A stretch of DNA of 64,000 bases from Dudresnaya verticillata (Eukaryota): assembly GCA_977862235.1 (NCBI GenBank), contig OZ374561.1, positions 1,922,001 through 1,986,000 of the forward strand, in the 5' to 3' direction. Shown in pieces: positions 1 through 12,824 of this stretch. Every line of letters starts with the position of its first letter. Within the stretch, counting starts at the first letter, position 1. Made by a program: the position numbers and the translations under genes. The notes beneath the pieces are model-generated. The model saw only the letters and a list, made by a program, of their open reading frames with translations. It had not been told where the DNA came from and did not search any database.

Positions 1-3000
1 GGGAAGCGCGGGGCGTGGGCGGGAAGCGCGGGGTAGGGCAGGTGGGGCGGGGGCGGGGGCGGGCAGGAGGCGGGGGGGGGGGGGGGGGGCGCGCTTGCGG
101 GCGGGCGGGGCGGCGGGCGGCGGCGTGTGGGCGACGTGGCGCGTTGAAGCAGCGCGGGCGTTTGGGCGGCGCGCACGGGGGCTGCGCTGTGTTTTCGGAG
201 CGGCGTTGGATGCGGCTGCGGCGGATGGCGAGGGAGTCTTACAGCGTGCTTGACGCGACACGTAGCGCGGGCGGGCGCGGACGCGATCGCCGCAGCGAGC
301 ACCGCGCGGCGATGTGCGAGTGTCGGCGGCGGCGGCGCGCGCGCGATGATGGCGGCGCGCGACCGGGACTGCCGCGGTCGCGCGCGGCTGCGCTGCGCTG
401 TATGATGCGGCACTGGCGGCTCTGCGAGCGCGCAGCGCGTCCGTGCGGCCCGTGGCGCGGGTGGGTGGCGCGAGCGCGCGGCTGGCGCTGCGCGTGCGAT
501 TCGCTCCATCTACCCGGCGCGCTTGTCAGACGCGCGCAGGCGCAGGCGCGGCGCGCGGTTCCACAGCGGGGTGGAACGGCGGCCGTGCGCACGCGCGCAG
601 CCAGGCGGGCGACGCTGGCTGCGGCGTGCGCGCGGTTCCTCGCGGTTTCCGTTGTTCCGTCCGCCGGCTGTCGGCGTCTACACTTTCGTAAAATCGTGCG
701 CGCGCGCGCCGAGGCGAAGGCGCGGGAAAGCATGCGTGCCTGAGAGTCCGCCTCGGCTGAGCGCTCGCCCGTGTCTGTCTGCCTGCCAGCTGCATGGCGT
801 AGATCACATACATACCACACCAACCACGCCCACGCACCGCGGCGGGAGGCGACAGGCAGTGTCGATCCCAACCTGTTACGTGCTGCCTGCGTTGCAGCGC
901 GCGCGCGAGCGCTCTCCCACGGGGCGAAGCGTGCGAGTCGGTAAGACGCGCGCGGCAGTTGCGCCGCGCACAGGCACAATCCCGCCGCGTTAAAAATAGC
1001 GCGCATAACAGCCGCGCCAAGGCCGACAAGAAGCACGCGCCGCGCTCGATCCAGAAACGCCTTCTTCAAACACAAACGCGCACGCGCGCCCCGCCCCCGC
1101 CCCGCCTCCCACCCACCGCTGTCGTGTACCGGCCCGCAGCGCGAGCGCTCGCGAGACCGCCGCGGCCACCGCGCCCGCGCCACGCGGGACCGTCGCGCGA
1201 CTGGCACAGTACACTACATGCGCCGGCTGCGGCGCGCGCGCGGCGCGCCGCCGGTACGGTATGTTAATCTACGCCCCCGGACGGAGTCTCGTTGCGCGCG
1301 CTCGCGTCGCACGCGGCCCAATTCGCCGGCGCCGCGGCGCGCCGCGACGCACTGCCATCGACGCGCGCGTGCCGCGTCGACTGAGCGCGAATGTCAAGCC
1401 GCGCGCGCCGAATGCACCGCGGTACAGTACTGTATGTGTTTGTCGCGCGCGCGCGCATGCGTAGCGCGCGGCCGGCGTCCGCGCAGACAGGGCGGCGCAC
1501 GGCAGACGCGCGGGCGAGGCGGTGCATGCGCACGCGGCGTGGTGGTGGAAGCGTGGCACGGCGACGCGTGCATGCCCCCTGCATCCGCCATGGCCGCGCG
1601 CGCCGCGCGCGCAGCGGCCGGCAGCCGCGCGGCACGCCGCCGCAAGCTTCGCGTGTTTGCTCGTCTGCGGCAGCCGTCAGATACGGCATCTGGAGCGAGC
1701 TCTGCTGAGATGGCGGCGACTTCCACACGCACAACGCACTCGCGAGCATATAAGAGGCGCCATTGGAAGAGGGTCGCGCAGCAGCGCAGCGCGCTTGACT
1801 TTTGAATTGCAAAACCGCGATCCCGATTAACGCGCGAGCAGCGCGCCGATCTTGCTTCACACTCCCTTCCGCCCCAGCGTCCTGACCTGAGCTCGACGCG
1901 CTCCGCCTGCCCTCGCGGGCAACTCGCAACCGCTTGCGGAGACTTGCAACCCCGAAAGCCCTCTTGTGCTCAGAACGATTGCACAACACCACCAGTACAG
2001 TACCCTTCAATGCTGCCCCTGCCGTGCGTTTTCCCCGCCAGACCTTTCGCAATCGTCCCTGATTAACTCCATCCACAGTTGTTACTCCACCCACCCTCAT
2101 TTTTCGCCTTCGCGCCTCACGGGAGACTTGAGCCATTCGCGTGCTTCTTGCTTGAATTATTACGACAACACTTCCCTTGCCTACTAGTCTAATTGTCCTC
2201 TGCAAGTGTCTACACATGACGTCCGTGCTCCTTTATTCCTCCGCTTCCTTCTCTTCTTTAATTCCATTTTTGCCCCACTTCTTGGACACCCCCATGGGTT
2301 TACACCCTCAACAGGAAAGCCTCGCTTTCTGCCGCAATTGCAACAAAGCAATGCGAACGACGCCTTTATAATTATTCTACTTGTTCTATTTCGCTATTGC
2401 TGTAGCTCACGCAATGACGACAACAGCAAGTTTAGAAAACAAACTCTTTACCTGACGTTACATGAGCTAACTAGTCAACCCATCTCGATAATCCTTCATG
2501 CTTACTCCAGCTTAAGGACACCTCTCAATCGATTCTCTGCATTGCCTCAAGGACTCCACTTCTCTCCTGCAACTAGCATTGCACACTACATCCGTTTCAC
2601 CATATATCGCTACTGCACATTACCACATTATTGGTTAGGCCCTACGCATATTCCAAGCTGAAATAATTCAATCCACACACTCAACTAGCAACTACAGCGG
2701 AGACAACTTGATCAAGAAAACCCTTCTTTGTCTATTTTGTTTTCGCATACAGTCAAGTAACGTTACAGTAATCTCTCTAGTGCTCTTGCATCACCTCACC
2801 GAAGATAACTCTTCTTTATTCTGGAATGTGTTGCGTGAGCTTACCCATACAGTTTCGAGACGAAAATGCAGAGATATGCACGCCTTCGAGAGTGCTACAG
2901 CACAGCAGTAGCTCTTGGGCGGGCCTCCAAAAGTCCACGGCCGAGCCCAGAAGAAACGTGTATGGTATGATTCGTCTGAGACGAGTCGAGTCGTCTCAAA

Positions 3001-6000
3001 CACGAGGCCACTTCAATTATAATGAGCTCGCACGAGCTCAGTTGATAGATGTCGCTTTTTGTCCTAATGGCAACTGGAGTGACACAGCTTCACAGTACTG
3101 CTGATGTGTTAGTGCAAACTGTCTCCGCGTTATCGAGAGAAGGCTTTCAAAGCTGCTATCTTGTGCTATCACGGTACGTGCTCTAGCTAGTACAGGGCTC
3201 TCCTACTGTGCAAGGCTTTGCTGCTCTTTCTAGCGTCGCAAATGATACCCTTTGTGCAGCAGTGACAAATCGCAAGGACCTGTTGACCGAATCGGCCTCA
3301 GCGGATGCGCAGGCTCAGCCATTAGCTGCATGCGACCGGCTGATCACAAGGAGCACCTATTTTGGGCCTGCCCAAGTGGCACCGCCCTGGAAGTATATTC
3401 AGTACTAGCACCACGTGATCAACCCAGCGCTATGGAACGGCTGAGCTGCTGAGCAATGATTCTTGTCAAAGAGCAATCCCTCGCGACGCCCTCGACAGTC
3501 GCAACGCCGAAAGGAAGTTGAAAGGGCAATCAAAAAAAGTCCCAGCACAATCTGTATCCCAGTCGCCGTGCTGGGTGGCCGGTTGTGGATCCCGCGCGTG
3601 TACTGTAGACTCCAAGGCTGCTTCAGAGCCTTTGAAATCAATCTTTTCTTCATCCTCAAGCCGCGCCTCCCCTTTCCCGTGGACACTTGAGGGAAGGTTC
3701 TTGCAGCAATGCGGAAACAGTAGCTTATATTATTTTTGGTTTTTTAACCCGCAGCAGCAGTAGTAGCTTGATGATGAGGTACAACTAATAAAAGAAGCGT
3801 GATAAATGGGCAACAAGGTTACAAACCTCTACTGCGCAACGAGTAATGTTATAGAGCATTTCATATACATGTACTGTACCGACCGCTCGCGAGCGGCAGC
3901 GTCTGCTCTCGGGTGGGAGAAACCTCCGTATGAAGTACAACCTTAAAATGCTTGCAATAGTTTTCTACGTTGCTCTGCTCAGCCAGAAAGGAAATCTTTT
4001 TTCCGCTCAGCCAACTTGCATTGCAGTACTGTCGTTCCGCAGATACGTCGCAGACCTCGTGCACGTAAAAACAGAAATATCTCAACTAAACAAAAACACA
4101 GATAGGCTTCCACAGCCTGCAACAACTTCTCGAGCACATGGCGCATGGAAGCCAAGGGCACGAATAGAGGTGGCAAAGTCCATTTCGTATCTTTTTATCC
4201 CAGCATCAGTAGCCGCGACAAGCACGGCGCAAGGTCACTGGCCAACGGTTCTGAGGTTTTCTGAATTATTGCTAGCCGCCAGATGGACGTTTGGCCGTCT
4301 ATGGAGATGATTCGCGCAGCTTGTCTCCCCGCACATGCGCAAGATATCGATATGACCATCATGGCCAATAGCCATGCTTGGATGCTTCAATGAAATGCCG
4401 CCCTCATCAATACGCGATCGCATTGGCTGTTGTAGCGCACATTCAGGCCTAAACCTCGTTCCCAGTTGGCCGCCTGCTGCGCGGCGAGTTGGCTGATTCC
4501 TCTTCTGCCGTGATTGCACGGGATTGCAGCGACCCTCGCTGAGCACATCGATAGCAGTGCGCGCAACAACGGTAAAAGCAGCCCTGGCTTGGGGAAGGCC
4601 AGTAGCGAGCTATGGAAAAGATCATCTCTAGCTCCAAGAGCGGCCTTCCATGACGTCGGAGATTCCAGCCCTCTTCTATCTGCTGCGTCTCGAGTCGCCA
4701 CTCAAGCTAACCTAGAACAAAAGCTAGCTCATATACAAACATATCTAAGATATAATATACTGTACAGTCCCTCAGTTTAGAACCCTAGTGACAACCCCGC
4801 CTCCTGAACGGAGTGATTTCCCGCCACAAGCCGTACAAGCAAACCTCTTCTGGAGCTAGCTTGGGGACAGGTATCTACTGTGCAGAGGAGCGCAGAACAA
4901 AATCTGGGTCCCATCTCCACCTGCACAGCCACAAGCGCGCGAGACCGCGCCCCGGCAAGCTCAAGCTACAGTACCTTTCCAGCTGGAGGCTTTTTCGGCG
5001 CCAGGTGTCAAACGCCAGGAATGCCCGTGCGATCGTGTGATGCGTTGCGGCCGGCAGCCATTCGGCAGCGCGCAGGGCCCTGAAGGTATGATACGCCGGC
5101 CGCTGCGTGGGCGTGACGGGGCACGCGCGTGCGCGTCACGGCCTACACGGCGGAGATGGCATTGTCGCCGCGGCGCGCAATATTTTGCTTTGATATGATG
5201 TTGGACTTGCCCCTCCACACGGGGCGTGCGGCTTGCCGAGTCATTGAGGCTGCCCTCGGGCCAATGATGACAAGCGCCGCGGGTGTGGCACCTCCTGAAT
5301 GTTGCACTTGACCGTTGACCGATGCGGGGCGCTGCTGCTGGAGACAAAGCGGCTTTCGACATCAACGTTCTTTCCTGGCACTCTTGGGATAACAGTTGGC
5401 TTTGTTATGTGGCGAAACCGGTCCTGACCTGGAGTCTTATGACGAAAGTTGGTGCTTGCATTCACCCACAACCAGAGGAACGACGAGGTTGCATGGTGCA
5501 CTATAAAGGTATTGTTATCCACAATTGCATGATATGTTGTTTTAAACGATTATTGTGTTCCAGACGCTTGGGATAGAAAGGGTTTATTCAAAACTTCTAC
5601 CGCTATGAGTCGAAAAGCCTTCTTCTTGTTCACGTCTACATATATAATATTATTTATTGTTTCCTAGAAGAGTAAGCGGGTGCACCATTTACTGTATAGG
5701 TACCATTGTTATTACAAATGTACTTAGATGTTTTATTTTTGACGGCTGTCCCGCCTTCCTATTTTGAGTACCTTGCGTAGCCAGTCTATCCGATGAACAG
5801 GCTCATGCCCGGGTCATGCCCCGGATAGCATGAAATGTGCATTCAGGGTTCTTGGACTCACGGCAGGGACTCTGTGGCTACCGAGTTCTGTTTAATAAGG
5901 GGATGCGGAGTGTAGAAGCCGAAAGTTCCCCCATCTCTAGAAGCCGAGGTGAAAATATGTTGTATGGAATAAACATTTGCTAGTGGACGTGAGCGCCGGA

Positions 6001-7379
6001 TCCGCACATTATTATTAGTAGTAGTAGTAGTAGCAGTAGTAGTAATTGTGCTGGGCAAAGCTTCGGTTGGCCTTGGAAAGGCTCTCGATCAGTAGCTCTC
6101 ATAAAAAGGCCTCATCAATTGCTCGTGGACACTTTCTGACCCAAGCGGAGGCTTCTTGGCAGCTTGTAGAGTCGAAATATTCAAGCAGATTTCTAGTAGG
6201 ATTTCGTGGTCAATTACACGTCGCGTGTGGGCGAGGTGGCCCGGTAGATTTATGTGTTTTTGTGAGTTTTGTTCTTTTCCGGAATGGGTCGTGCATGGCG
6301 TGACTGGCTGAGGATGGGTCTCATAAAGATTTTGGAAATATATATAGAGTTGCACGAGATGGCCCTTGAATGGCGAAATGAGCCGCCATTCTGCAAATGA
6401 AAGAAAATCTGGGCAATCTCGTGTTTTGGCGGGAGTGGGTGAGTGGAGTGTGAGTGGAGCATGTAACACCGACACTCCTAGCAATATCAGTTTGGGGAGA
6501 TATTAGTCACGGCGTGACGGACGGGTGGGTGGTGCGGTGTCACCAATAGGACGTTAAGGCGGCGCGGGCGAATGGGCGCGGGGAAAGTGGACGGGACGGA
6601 GTGGGCCAGGTGTTGGTGCGCGGAGATTAAGGCGACGTGAGTGGGCGGGCGCCGAGTCAGCCGCGCTGGGCGGTGGTCGGGCGCGTGTTGCTCTTTTTCC
6701 GTGCGCTTCCATCAATGGAGGCTTTCCTGCGGCGCGTGCGAGGGGCTGGGAACAAGGCGCCACGAATGCAAAAAGGAGGTAACGGGGAGGGCGCCTGTTC
6801 GCGCCGCGATTGCATTGGGCGAGCAGCGGGCGTGGGGAAACGTCCTGTTTTTACGATATTTGCGCGCCGACCCGAGATGAATGACGAATGCTGTCGTTTC
6901 GCCCGCGTTGGCGTCGTTTCCCGGCCTGCGTATCTCCGAGCCTTGCGGCGCTGTCCACGCCGCCTTTGAAACAGATTCTGGCCCATTTCCTCTCGCAGCT
7001 TTCGTTCTTCTACCCCCACCCGCGCCTCCCCCAGCTGCACGCCCCCCTCCCTCCCCCTTCCGACTGACCCTCGCTCCTCGTTGTTCTTTCTCCCTCCCTC
7101 CCTCCCTCCCCCGCTCCCGTCGACGTCGACTCCCCGTCTCTTCCCCGCTCACCGACTCTTCTCCCCCTGCCCTCCCCCGCTCGCAACACACCTACTGCTG
7201 TTGCATGAAGGAGCGCGCCCTGCCTCTGTTCCGCACCCTCAACAAGCAACCCCCACCCTCCACCGCGCCCACCCGCCACTCCCCAGCGCTCGGACATCCC
7301 CAACCCGCTGCATCCCGCGTCTCACCGAGCGCCCGACAGTGCTAGTCGCGCCCGCGCGCTCCGCACCACACCGCCCACC

Positions 7380-8039
7380 ATGTCGCAGCTGGACTTTGCC
7401 GACCCGGTGCCCAGCTACCACCCGCCGGTGCCGCAGCCTGCCACCACGACCACCACAACCACCACAACCACCACGACGTCCACCGCGGCCGCTGAAGCGT
7501 ACGCCGCGTCGGCGCACCGCCCCGTGCAGGACCTGCTCGCGCTGCTCAAGGGCGCGTTCAACGCCGTGCTGGAGCTGGCGCCGACGCTCGTCCCGCAGCC
7601 CGCGCAGCAGACATCCACCACGACCACGGTGACCACGGTGACGTCGGGCGGCGCGCCGACCGGGCACGCGCCCGCGTCGGTGACCACGCTGACGACGACG
7701 ACGACGACGATGTCGACGTCGACGTCGATGGTGGCGCTCGGGCCGTCGTCCGACCACCATCACCGGTCGTGCGTGGACTTCATCCGGCGTCTGCTGGGCG
7801 CCGGCGGGGCCACCGAGCTGCGCATCAACTCGCTGCCCGTGCGGTCGCTTTGCATCGAGGACGGGCTGGACAAGCTGGCATTTGGGCAGGACACGTGCGC
7901 TATCTGTCTCGACGGGTACGAGGTAGACAATAGAGTGCGCGTGCTCGGGTGCGAACACGTGTTCCACACGGCGTGCATCGACCCGTGGCTCCGGAGAGGA
8001 CGGCCCACATGCCCCCTGTGCCAGACGATATGCTGTTGA
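7380..8039 (+). CDS. RING-H2 zinc-finger protein (putative E3 ubiquitin ligase) with Thr-rich N-terminus
   Basis: Single-exon ORF ending CAICLDGY...LGCEHVFHTACIDPWL...CPLC (C3H2C3 RING). ATG follows a pyrimidine-rich leader. Confidence 0.9.
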   Translation: MSQLDFADPVPSYHPPVPQPATTTTTTTTTTTTSTAAAEAYAASAHRPVQDLLALLKGAFNAVLELAPTLVPQPAQQTSTTTTVTTVTSGGAPTGHAPASVTTLTTTTTTMSTSTSMVALGPSSDHHHRSCVDFIRRLLGAGGATELRINSLPVRSLCIEDGLDKLAFGQDTCAICLDGYEVDNRVRVLGCEHVFHTACIDPWLRRGRPTCPLCQTICC

Positions 8040-8838
8040 GGGTGGCAACGGAGGAGTGGGCGTTTCTAGTGGCACCCAGCAGTTGTCTCGTTTCTACTTG
8101 CAAGCTTTTCTACAAAAGCGGTGTACAGAATGGCTGCGGCTTTCGCCAAGTCTGGCGGGAAAAGGCATGTGGCAATCGGTAAGGAGACTTGGTAGCACGC
8201 GCGCTAACAATTCAGTGGGCTGCATCTGCAGTGGCAGGGCGGGGAAGCTTGGCTGGCACAAGTAGACGTGTTTCCGCGATCAAGGCGTGCCGTGTCTGTC
8301 GCACAGAAGAGTTGCATTTCTGCCAAAGCGCGTGTCATTATTTTCGACGTTATGCGTCATCAAGAGGTGGCAAGGACAGGCTGTGTTTCAATGCAAGCCG
8401 GAGCCGCGGGCGCCATCGCTTGCTCGAGATTCGGAAGCAGCGCGGCACGTGCCTCGCTTTCCCGCTGTCCAGACTGTCGGACGAGCGCAACGGAGCGCGT
8501 GTTGCGCGTTGTTTGGCGTGTCGACACTCAGACAACGTGCAGCAGCTTGGCTGCGCCACTGCTTTGGTAGAGTTGTTATCTTCGTTTTGTTGTTTTGCTT
8601 CTGTTCCCTTCCACGTGCGACCGCGCGCGCCTCGTGTGAATGAGAGTGTTCCGCGTTGTTGAATTTCGTTATAAGGACCAGTGCTTCTGGTAACATGATG
8701 GATTGTATAGTATTTAGGATAGCATAGCTCGTACGCAGGTGCATAGCTCTTACGAAAACCATGCGCTCTATCACGCAGCCTGCCATCTGCTTATCCATCC
8801 AACCATGGCAGCAACATGCAACGCCCACCCCCTATCAT

Positions 8839-10071
8839 CTACATCGACACCTCTGCCGGCTTTTCATACGGCTTCTCCGCTGCCACGCCGCCCCGTTTAA
8901 TCACCTCAACCCAATACCCAGTGCTCGGCTCAGCCACGAATGCAATCTCGCCTACATCCCTAAACGCCCCGGGCTTGCGGACAACCTCGTAGCCCTCCTT
9001 CTGCATGCCCTCTACCGTCGCATAGATATCATCCACGACGATCCCGACATGCCCAAACCCACGGTACGGCTTGACATTCCCATTGCTGAACCCCTCCTCA
9101 TCCGTCTCACTACCCCACGCGTGCTCCAACTCCAACAACGGCTCTCGCCGCGCGCCCACCCACGCAGCGTCCCTCTCCCCCCCACCCTCCGCCTCCGCCT
9201 CCGCCTCCGAGTACGCCATGTAGTGCTGCGTGCACTTTGCCTTGTCATCATCAACCCTCGCGAGGTGCGCAAACCCAAGCCGCGAAAAGAACGCCACGGC
9301 CGCACTCGCGTCCCTCACGCGGAGCTTGACCGCCGCGAACACAGCGTCCACCACCGCGCCGCTACCCCCACCCGGCCGCTGCTCGAGGCGCACGTGATAC
9401 CCGTCCGGGTCGGCCACGACGGCGCCGCGCAGCCCGGACTCCGGATGCACCGCCTCCTCCTGCAGCACGGGCACGTCTGCTGCGCGGAGCGAGCGCATGA
9501 CTGCATCCAGGTCGCCCACGGAGATGCGCACGTGCGCAAAGCCGCGCGGCGCGTCGTTTCCGGAGACGTAGCGCTCGTCGCCGCGGTCGCCAGCGGCGGC
9601 GGCCGCGACCGCGGCGTCGTACGTGTCGCCCGGCCAGTTCCACGTGAGCTCGACGGTGGGGTACGGCTGCGCCCAGAGCCAGGCTGCGCGGCGCGGCTGC
9701 GCGGCGGACTGCGGCGGCGCGTCGGCCGCGGTGTACGCGAAGAAGAAGAGCGAGAACTTGAGGTCGGCAAAGTCCAGCCGCGTGAGCGGCTTCATGCCGA
9801 GGTGTGAGGCGTAGAACGCGTGCGACTGCGACGGCGACGTTATGCGCAGCATGACCTGCGCGAGGACCGGGTTGCGGCCGGCGACGGACGGCGCGCGCGG
9901 CGGCGTCGGCTGCGCAGAGGCCATTGCGCGGCGGCGCGGCGGCGCGGGCGACCGGCGTGGGCGCGGTGCGATGCCGGCGGGATGGCGCGCGGCGCGTGTG
10001 GGTGTGGAGAGCGGCGCGGCGGGGAGGAAGGCGAAGGGGAGGCGCGGGAACGGGCGCGGAGCGCGGAGCAT
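8839..10071 (-). CDS. GLO1: Glyoxalase I (lactoylglutathione lyase), two-domain, with organellar transit-peptide-like leader
   Basis: Motifs QVMLRI, FSLFFF, VELTWNW, GNDAPRGFAHV, DPDGY, LELEHAWG, GFGHVGIVVDD, GYWVEVI. Start set at MLRAPRP (ATG 10071). The longer ORF extension is GC-rich open frame. Confidence 0.92.
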   Translation of the reverse strand: MLRAPRPFPRLPFAFLPAAPLSTPTRAARHPAGIAPRPRRSPAPPRRRAMASAQPTPPRAPSVAGRNPVLAQVMLRITSPSQSHAFYASHLGMKPLTRLDFADLKFSLFFFAYTAADAPPQSAAQPRRAAWLWAQPYPTVELTWNWPGDTYDAAVAAAAAGDRGDERYVSGNDAPRGFAHVRISVGDLDAVMRSLRAADVPVLQEEAVHPESGLRGAVVADPDGYHVRLEQRPGGGSGAVVDAVFAAVKLRVRDASAAVAFFSRLGFAHLARVDDDKAKCTQHYMAYSEAEAEAEGGGERDAAWVGARREPLLELEHAWGSETDEEGFSNGNVKPYRGFGHVGIVVDDIYATVEGMQKEGYEVVRKPGAFRDVGEIAFVAEPSTGYWVEVIKRGGVAAEKPYEKPAEVSM

Positions 10072-10805
10072 GGTGGGCGGGAGGATGGCTGGGGCGGGGG
10101 CGCGCGGTGCGGATCTTGAGGGTGATGGTGGAACGGGAATGGGATGCAATGGTGGCGAATGCGAGTGGCAGGGCGAGATCGCAATGCGGTGCGATGGCGC
10201 GAGTGCGGTGATTTTGGGGGAATTTGAGCGCGTTACACAACAGTATGATATGTCACTGTGGTGGTGTGGTGGAAAGTGGCTTTCCGGCAATTTGCGAGCA
10301 GAACAAACGCTGCTGCTGCCAAAGCGAAAGCTCCGGGAGGAGCACACCCGACGGCACACGCCGCTCTCCATTGCCCACGTCCCGCGCTGAATACAGCCAC
10401 CAACTTGTGTGTTCTGTTGAGAGAGACACGGCAGTAGCAATCGGCCATGCCACGCGCACGAGCACTTTCCCCACCCGAGCAGCCGCGCGCCATCGCCGCG
10501 AATATACAACCCCCCCATGCACTGATCATCAATCCCATGCCGCGCGCGCTGCGCCGGGGCAGCCCCCGCCGCGCGGAGCGGGCGCCGGTCGCGCGTCGCG
10601 CGGCCGCCGCCCGCCACGCAAGCGCGCGAAAATTCAACGAGGCGCAGCCGCGCGCGCGCGCGGCAGCGGGCGCGACCGCGCGCGCGCCACGCAACGCCGG
10701 TGACGCGGCGCGCCGGTGCGCGGCGCCGCGTCTCCGGCGTAACACCGGCGCGCCGCGCGCGCACGCACGCTGCGAGGCGGCGGCGCAACCGGGCAGCGCG
10801 ACGAG

Positions 10806-10841
10806 ATGCAGGCGGCGGCGCCGCTGAGCTACTGGAGCTGG

Positions 10842-10876
<35 letters not shown>

Positions 10877-11484
10877 GGGAGGGACGGCGACGCACGCGAC
10901 GGCGGTGCGCGCCGGGAACGCGTCTGCGCCTGGCGCGGTGCTTGGCGACGCGGTGCACCCGGCGCTGGTGGCGGATGTGCAGCTCGAAGAGGCCATCTTC
11001 TTGGCCGTGGCCGTGTTCTTCTTGTACTGCTATCTGGGGCTGCTGCGCCTGCGCCTGCCGGTGGTGGAGCGCGCGCCGGGCGCGGTGGGCCGGCGGGACG
11101 CGGCGGAGAAGCGGCGGAAGGGGTCGGGCTTGACGAGGGAGCAGATTGAGAGCAGGCTTGGCAGTGTTTGCGTGGATGACGAGTGCGCCGATGGCGACTG
11201 TGTCATGTCGTTTGGCCAGGATAGCTGCGCTATCTGCCTCGAGCCGTGGGACTGGGGCGACGACCGCTTTGTGGAGGCGGTGAGGGAACTGCCGTGCGGG
11301 CATGTGTTCCACCAAGGTAGGTTTTTACGACTGCGCGGTTGATCGTGAGGGGGTGGGCGCGCCTCGCGGAAACAGCTTGCTGACGATGTTGTGTTTCTTT
11401 CTTTGCGGCGGAGCAGCGTGCATCGATGAGTGGCTGCAGCGCCGCAACCGGTGCCCGTGCTGTCTGGAGCCGGTGTACAAGTGA
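10806..11484 (+). CDS. Membrane-anchored RING-H2 (ATL-like) E3 ligase; exons 10806-11316 and 11417-11484
   Basis: TM segment IFLAVAVFFLYCYLGLL. The RING (CAICL...LPCGHVFHQ|ACIDEWL...CPCC) is completed only by splicing the GT..CAG intron 11317-11416, which has a GCTGAC branch site. Confidence 0.88.
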
Positions 11485-11691
11485 CGCGGCGCAACCTTAG
11501 ACCGAGATGGAACTGACCGGCAAAAAAAGAAGAGCAACGCAACCGGAGGGAGCGCGTTCGCCGATTGGAAACGGCAGCCGCAGACCACTATTAAACTCTT
11601 GTGCAAGGCGTCGTCGCCTTTACACGCACGCACACAATACACACAGTCGCTCGCTCACACACATCGCCCCCGCGCCCATTCCCTCGCGCCC

Positions 11692-12486
11692 TCACCGCCG
11701 CCGAACAGCCTTCAGAGCCGCACTCGCCGCCACCGCCGCCTCCGCGCCGCTGCTACCGTCACTCTCGGAGCTCTCATCATCCACCATCCAGTCGCACTCG
11801 CGCACGCGCGTGTCCCCACCCGCCTCGCCGCCCGCCTCGCGCTCCTCGCGGGGCGCGCCGCGCGCGCGCTTCCGCCGCGCGGCGCGCACCACGCCGGCCA
11901 CCGCGTCCGCGACGCGCGCGGACATGCGGTGCATGTCATGCTCGACGTGCGCGGCGTCGTCGCGCTCGTCGCGCTCGCCCACGCCCACGTCCACGTCCAC
12001 GTGCGCGTGCAGCGGCGGCTCGCGCGGGCGCTTGCGGCCGTGCGCGGCGCGCGCGGGCGGCGTGGGCGGCGCGGCGGCTCCGCGGCGCGCGTGGTCCGCG
12101 ACCAGCGCGCGCAGCGCGCGCTCGTCGCGCACGTGGCGCAGGCGGCGGCCGTGGAGGTCGCGGCAGGCGTCGAAGTTGGTAGTTTTGCGGCTGGCGGCGG
12201 CGCCGCGCAGCATGGCGCCAAAGCCGCCCTTGCCGCCGGGCAGCGCGCGGCGGAGGCACAGCGAGACAAAGGCCGTGTGCTGGCCGGGGCGCGTGACCGT
12301 GTCTGCCGGGTGCAGCAGGGCATTGTGCGTGCGCAGGTAGAACGAGGCCGGCGGCAGGCCAGTGTGAGCGACGACGGCGTCGGCCACCAGCGCGGCCGGC
12401 AGCGCGCGCGCAGCGTCGCCCAGGCGCATGCAGAGGGTCGGGGACGAGAACGGCAGCCCCGTGAGGAGGACGTTGACCGGCGGCAT
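11692..12486 (-). CDS. SDE2: SDE2-like splicing regulator (ubiquitin-fold precursor)
   Basis: Signature LPGGKGGFGAMLR...TTNFDACRDLHGRRLRHV with the GG|KGG processing site. ATG at 12486. Confidence 0.88.
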   Translation of the reverse strand: MPPVNVLLTGLPFSSPTLCMRLGDAARALPAALVADAVVAHTGLPPASFYLRTHNALLHPADTVTRPGQHTAFVSLCLRRALPGGKGGFGAMLRGAAASRKTTNFDACRDLHGRRLRHVRDERALRALVADHARRGAAAPPTPPARAAHGRKRPREPPLHAHVDVDVGVGERDERDDAAHVEHDMHRMSARVADAVAGVVRAARRKRARGAPREEREAGGEAGGDTRVRECDWMVDDESSESDGSSGAEAAVAASAALKAVRRR

Positions 12487-12824
12487 GGCGGATCGCGCGG
12501 GTGGTCTGCTCGGTCTGCTTGGTCTGGTGGTTCGAACAAGATGCGCGCGTGGGCGGACCGGGGGAGAGCAGGCACGGCACGTTTGGTGAGAAGGTTTATG
12601 TCCCACGCGCGCGTCACCGAACAGTTGCGCAGCGTACAGCGCGCTGGCAGCACGTTTTGGCGGGCCGCAGCCACCGCGACCGACACCGCCGCGCTGTAAG
12701 CGCTGTAAGCGATTCCACGGGGCACCGGGTGATTGGTCGCCGAGTGCCAAGCGTTTCCGCGAGTCGTCTCAGGTTCGGTAAAGTTTACGAATCAAACTCT
12801 AAATATTTCGCCACTCACACCTAA

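Noticed and set aside
15..1830. Many overlapping Arg/Ala-rich ORFs
   Set aside because: Stop-codon scarcity in a GC island; no domain motifs.
8761..9807. 348-aa plus-strand ORF and similar antisense shadow ORFs over SDE2, hisG and C-CAP
   Set aside because: Antisense mirrors of high-GC3 coding sequence.
11692..12486. Short SDE2 as a truncation
   Set aside because: The processing motif is intact and compact SDE2 forms exist in other lineages; not unusual.
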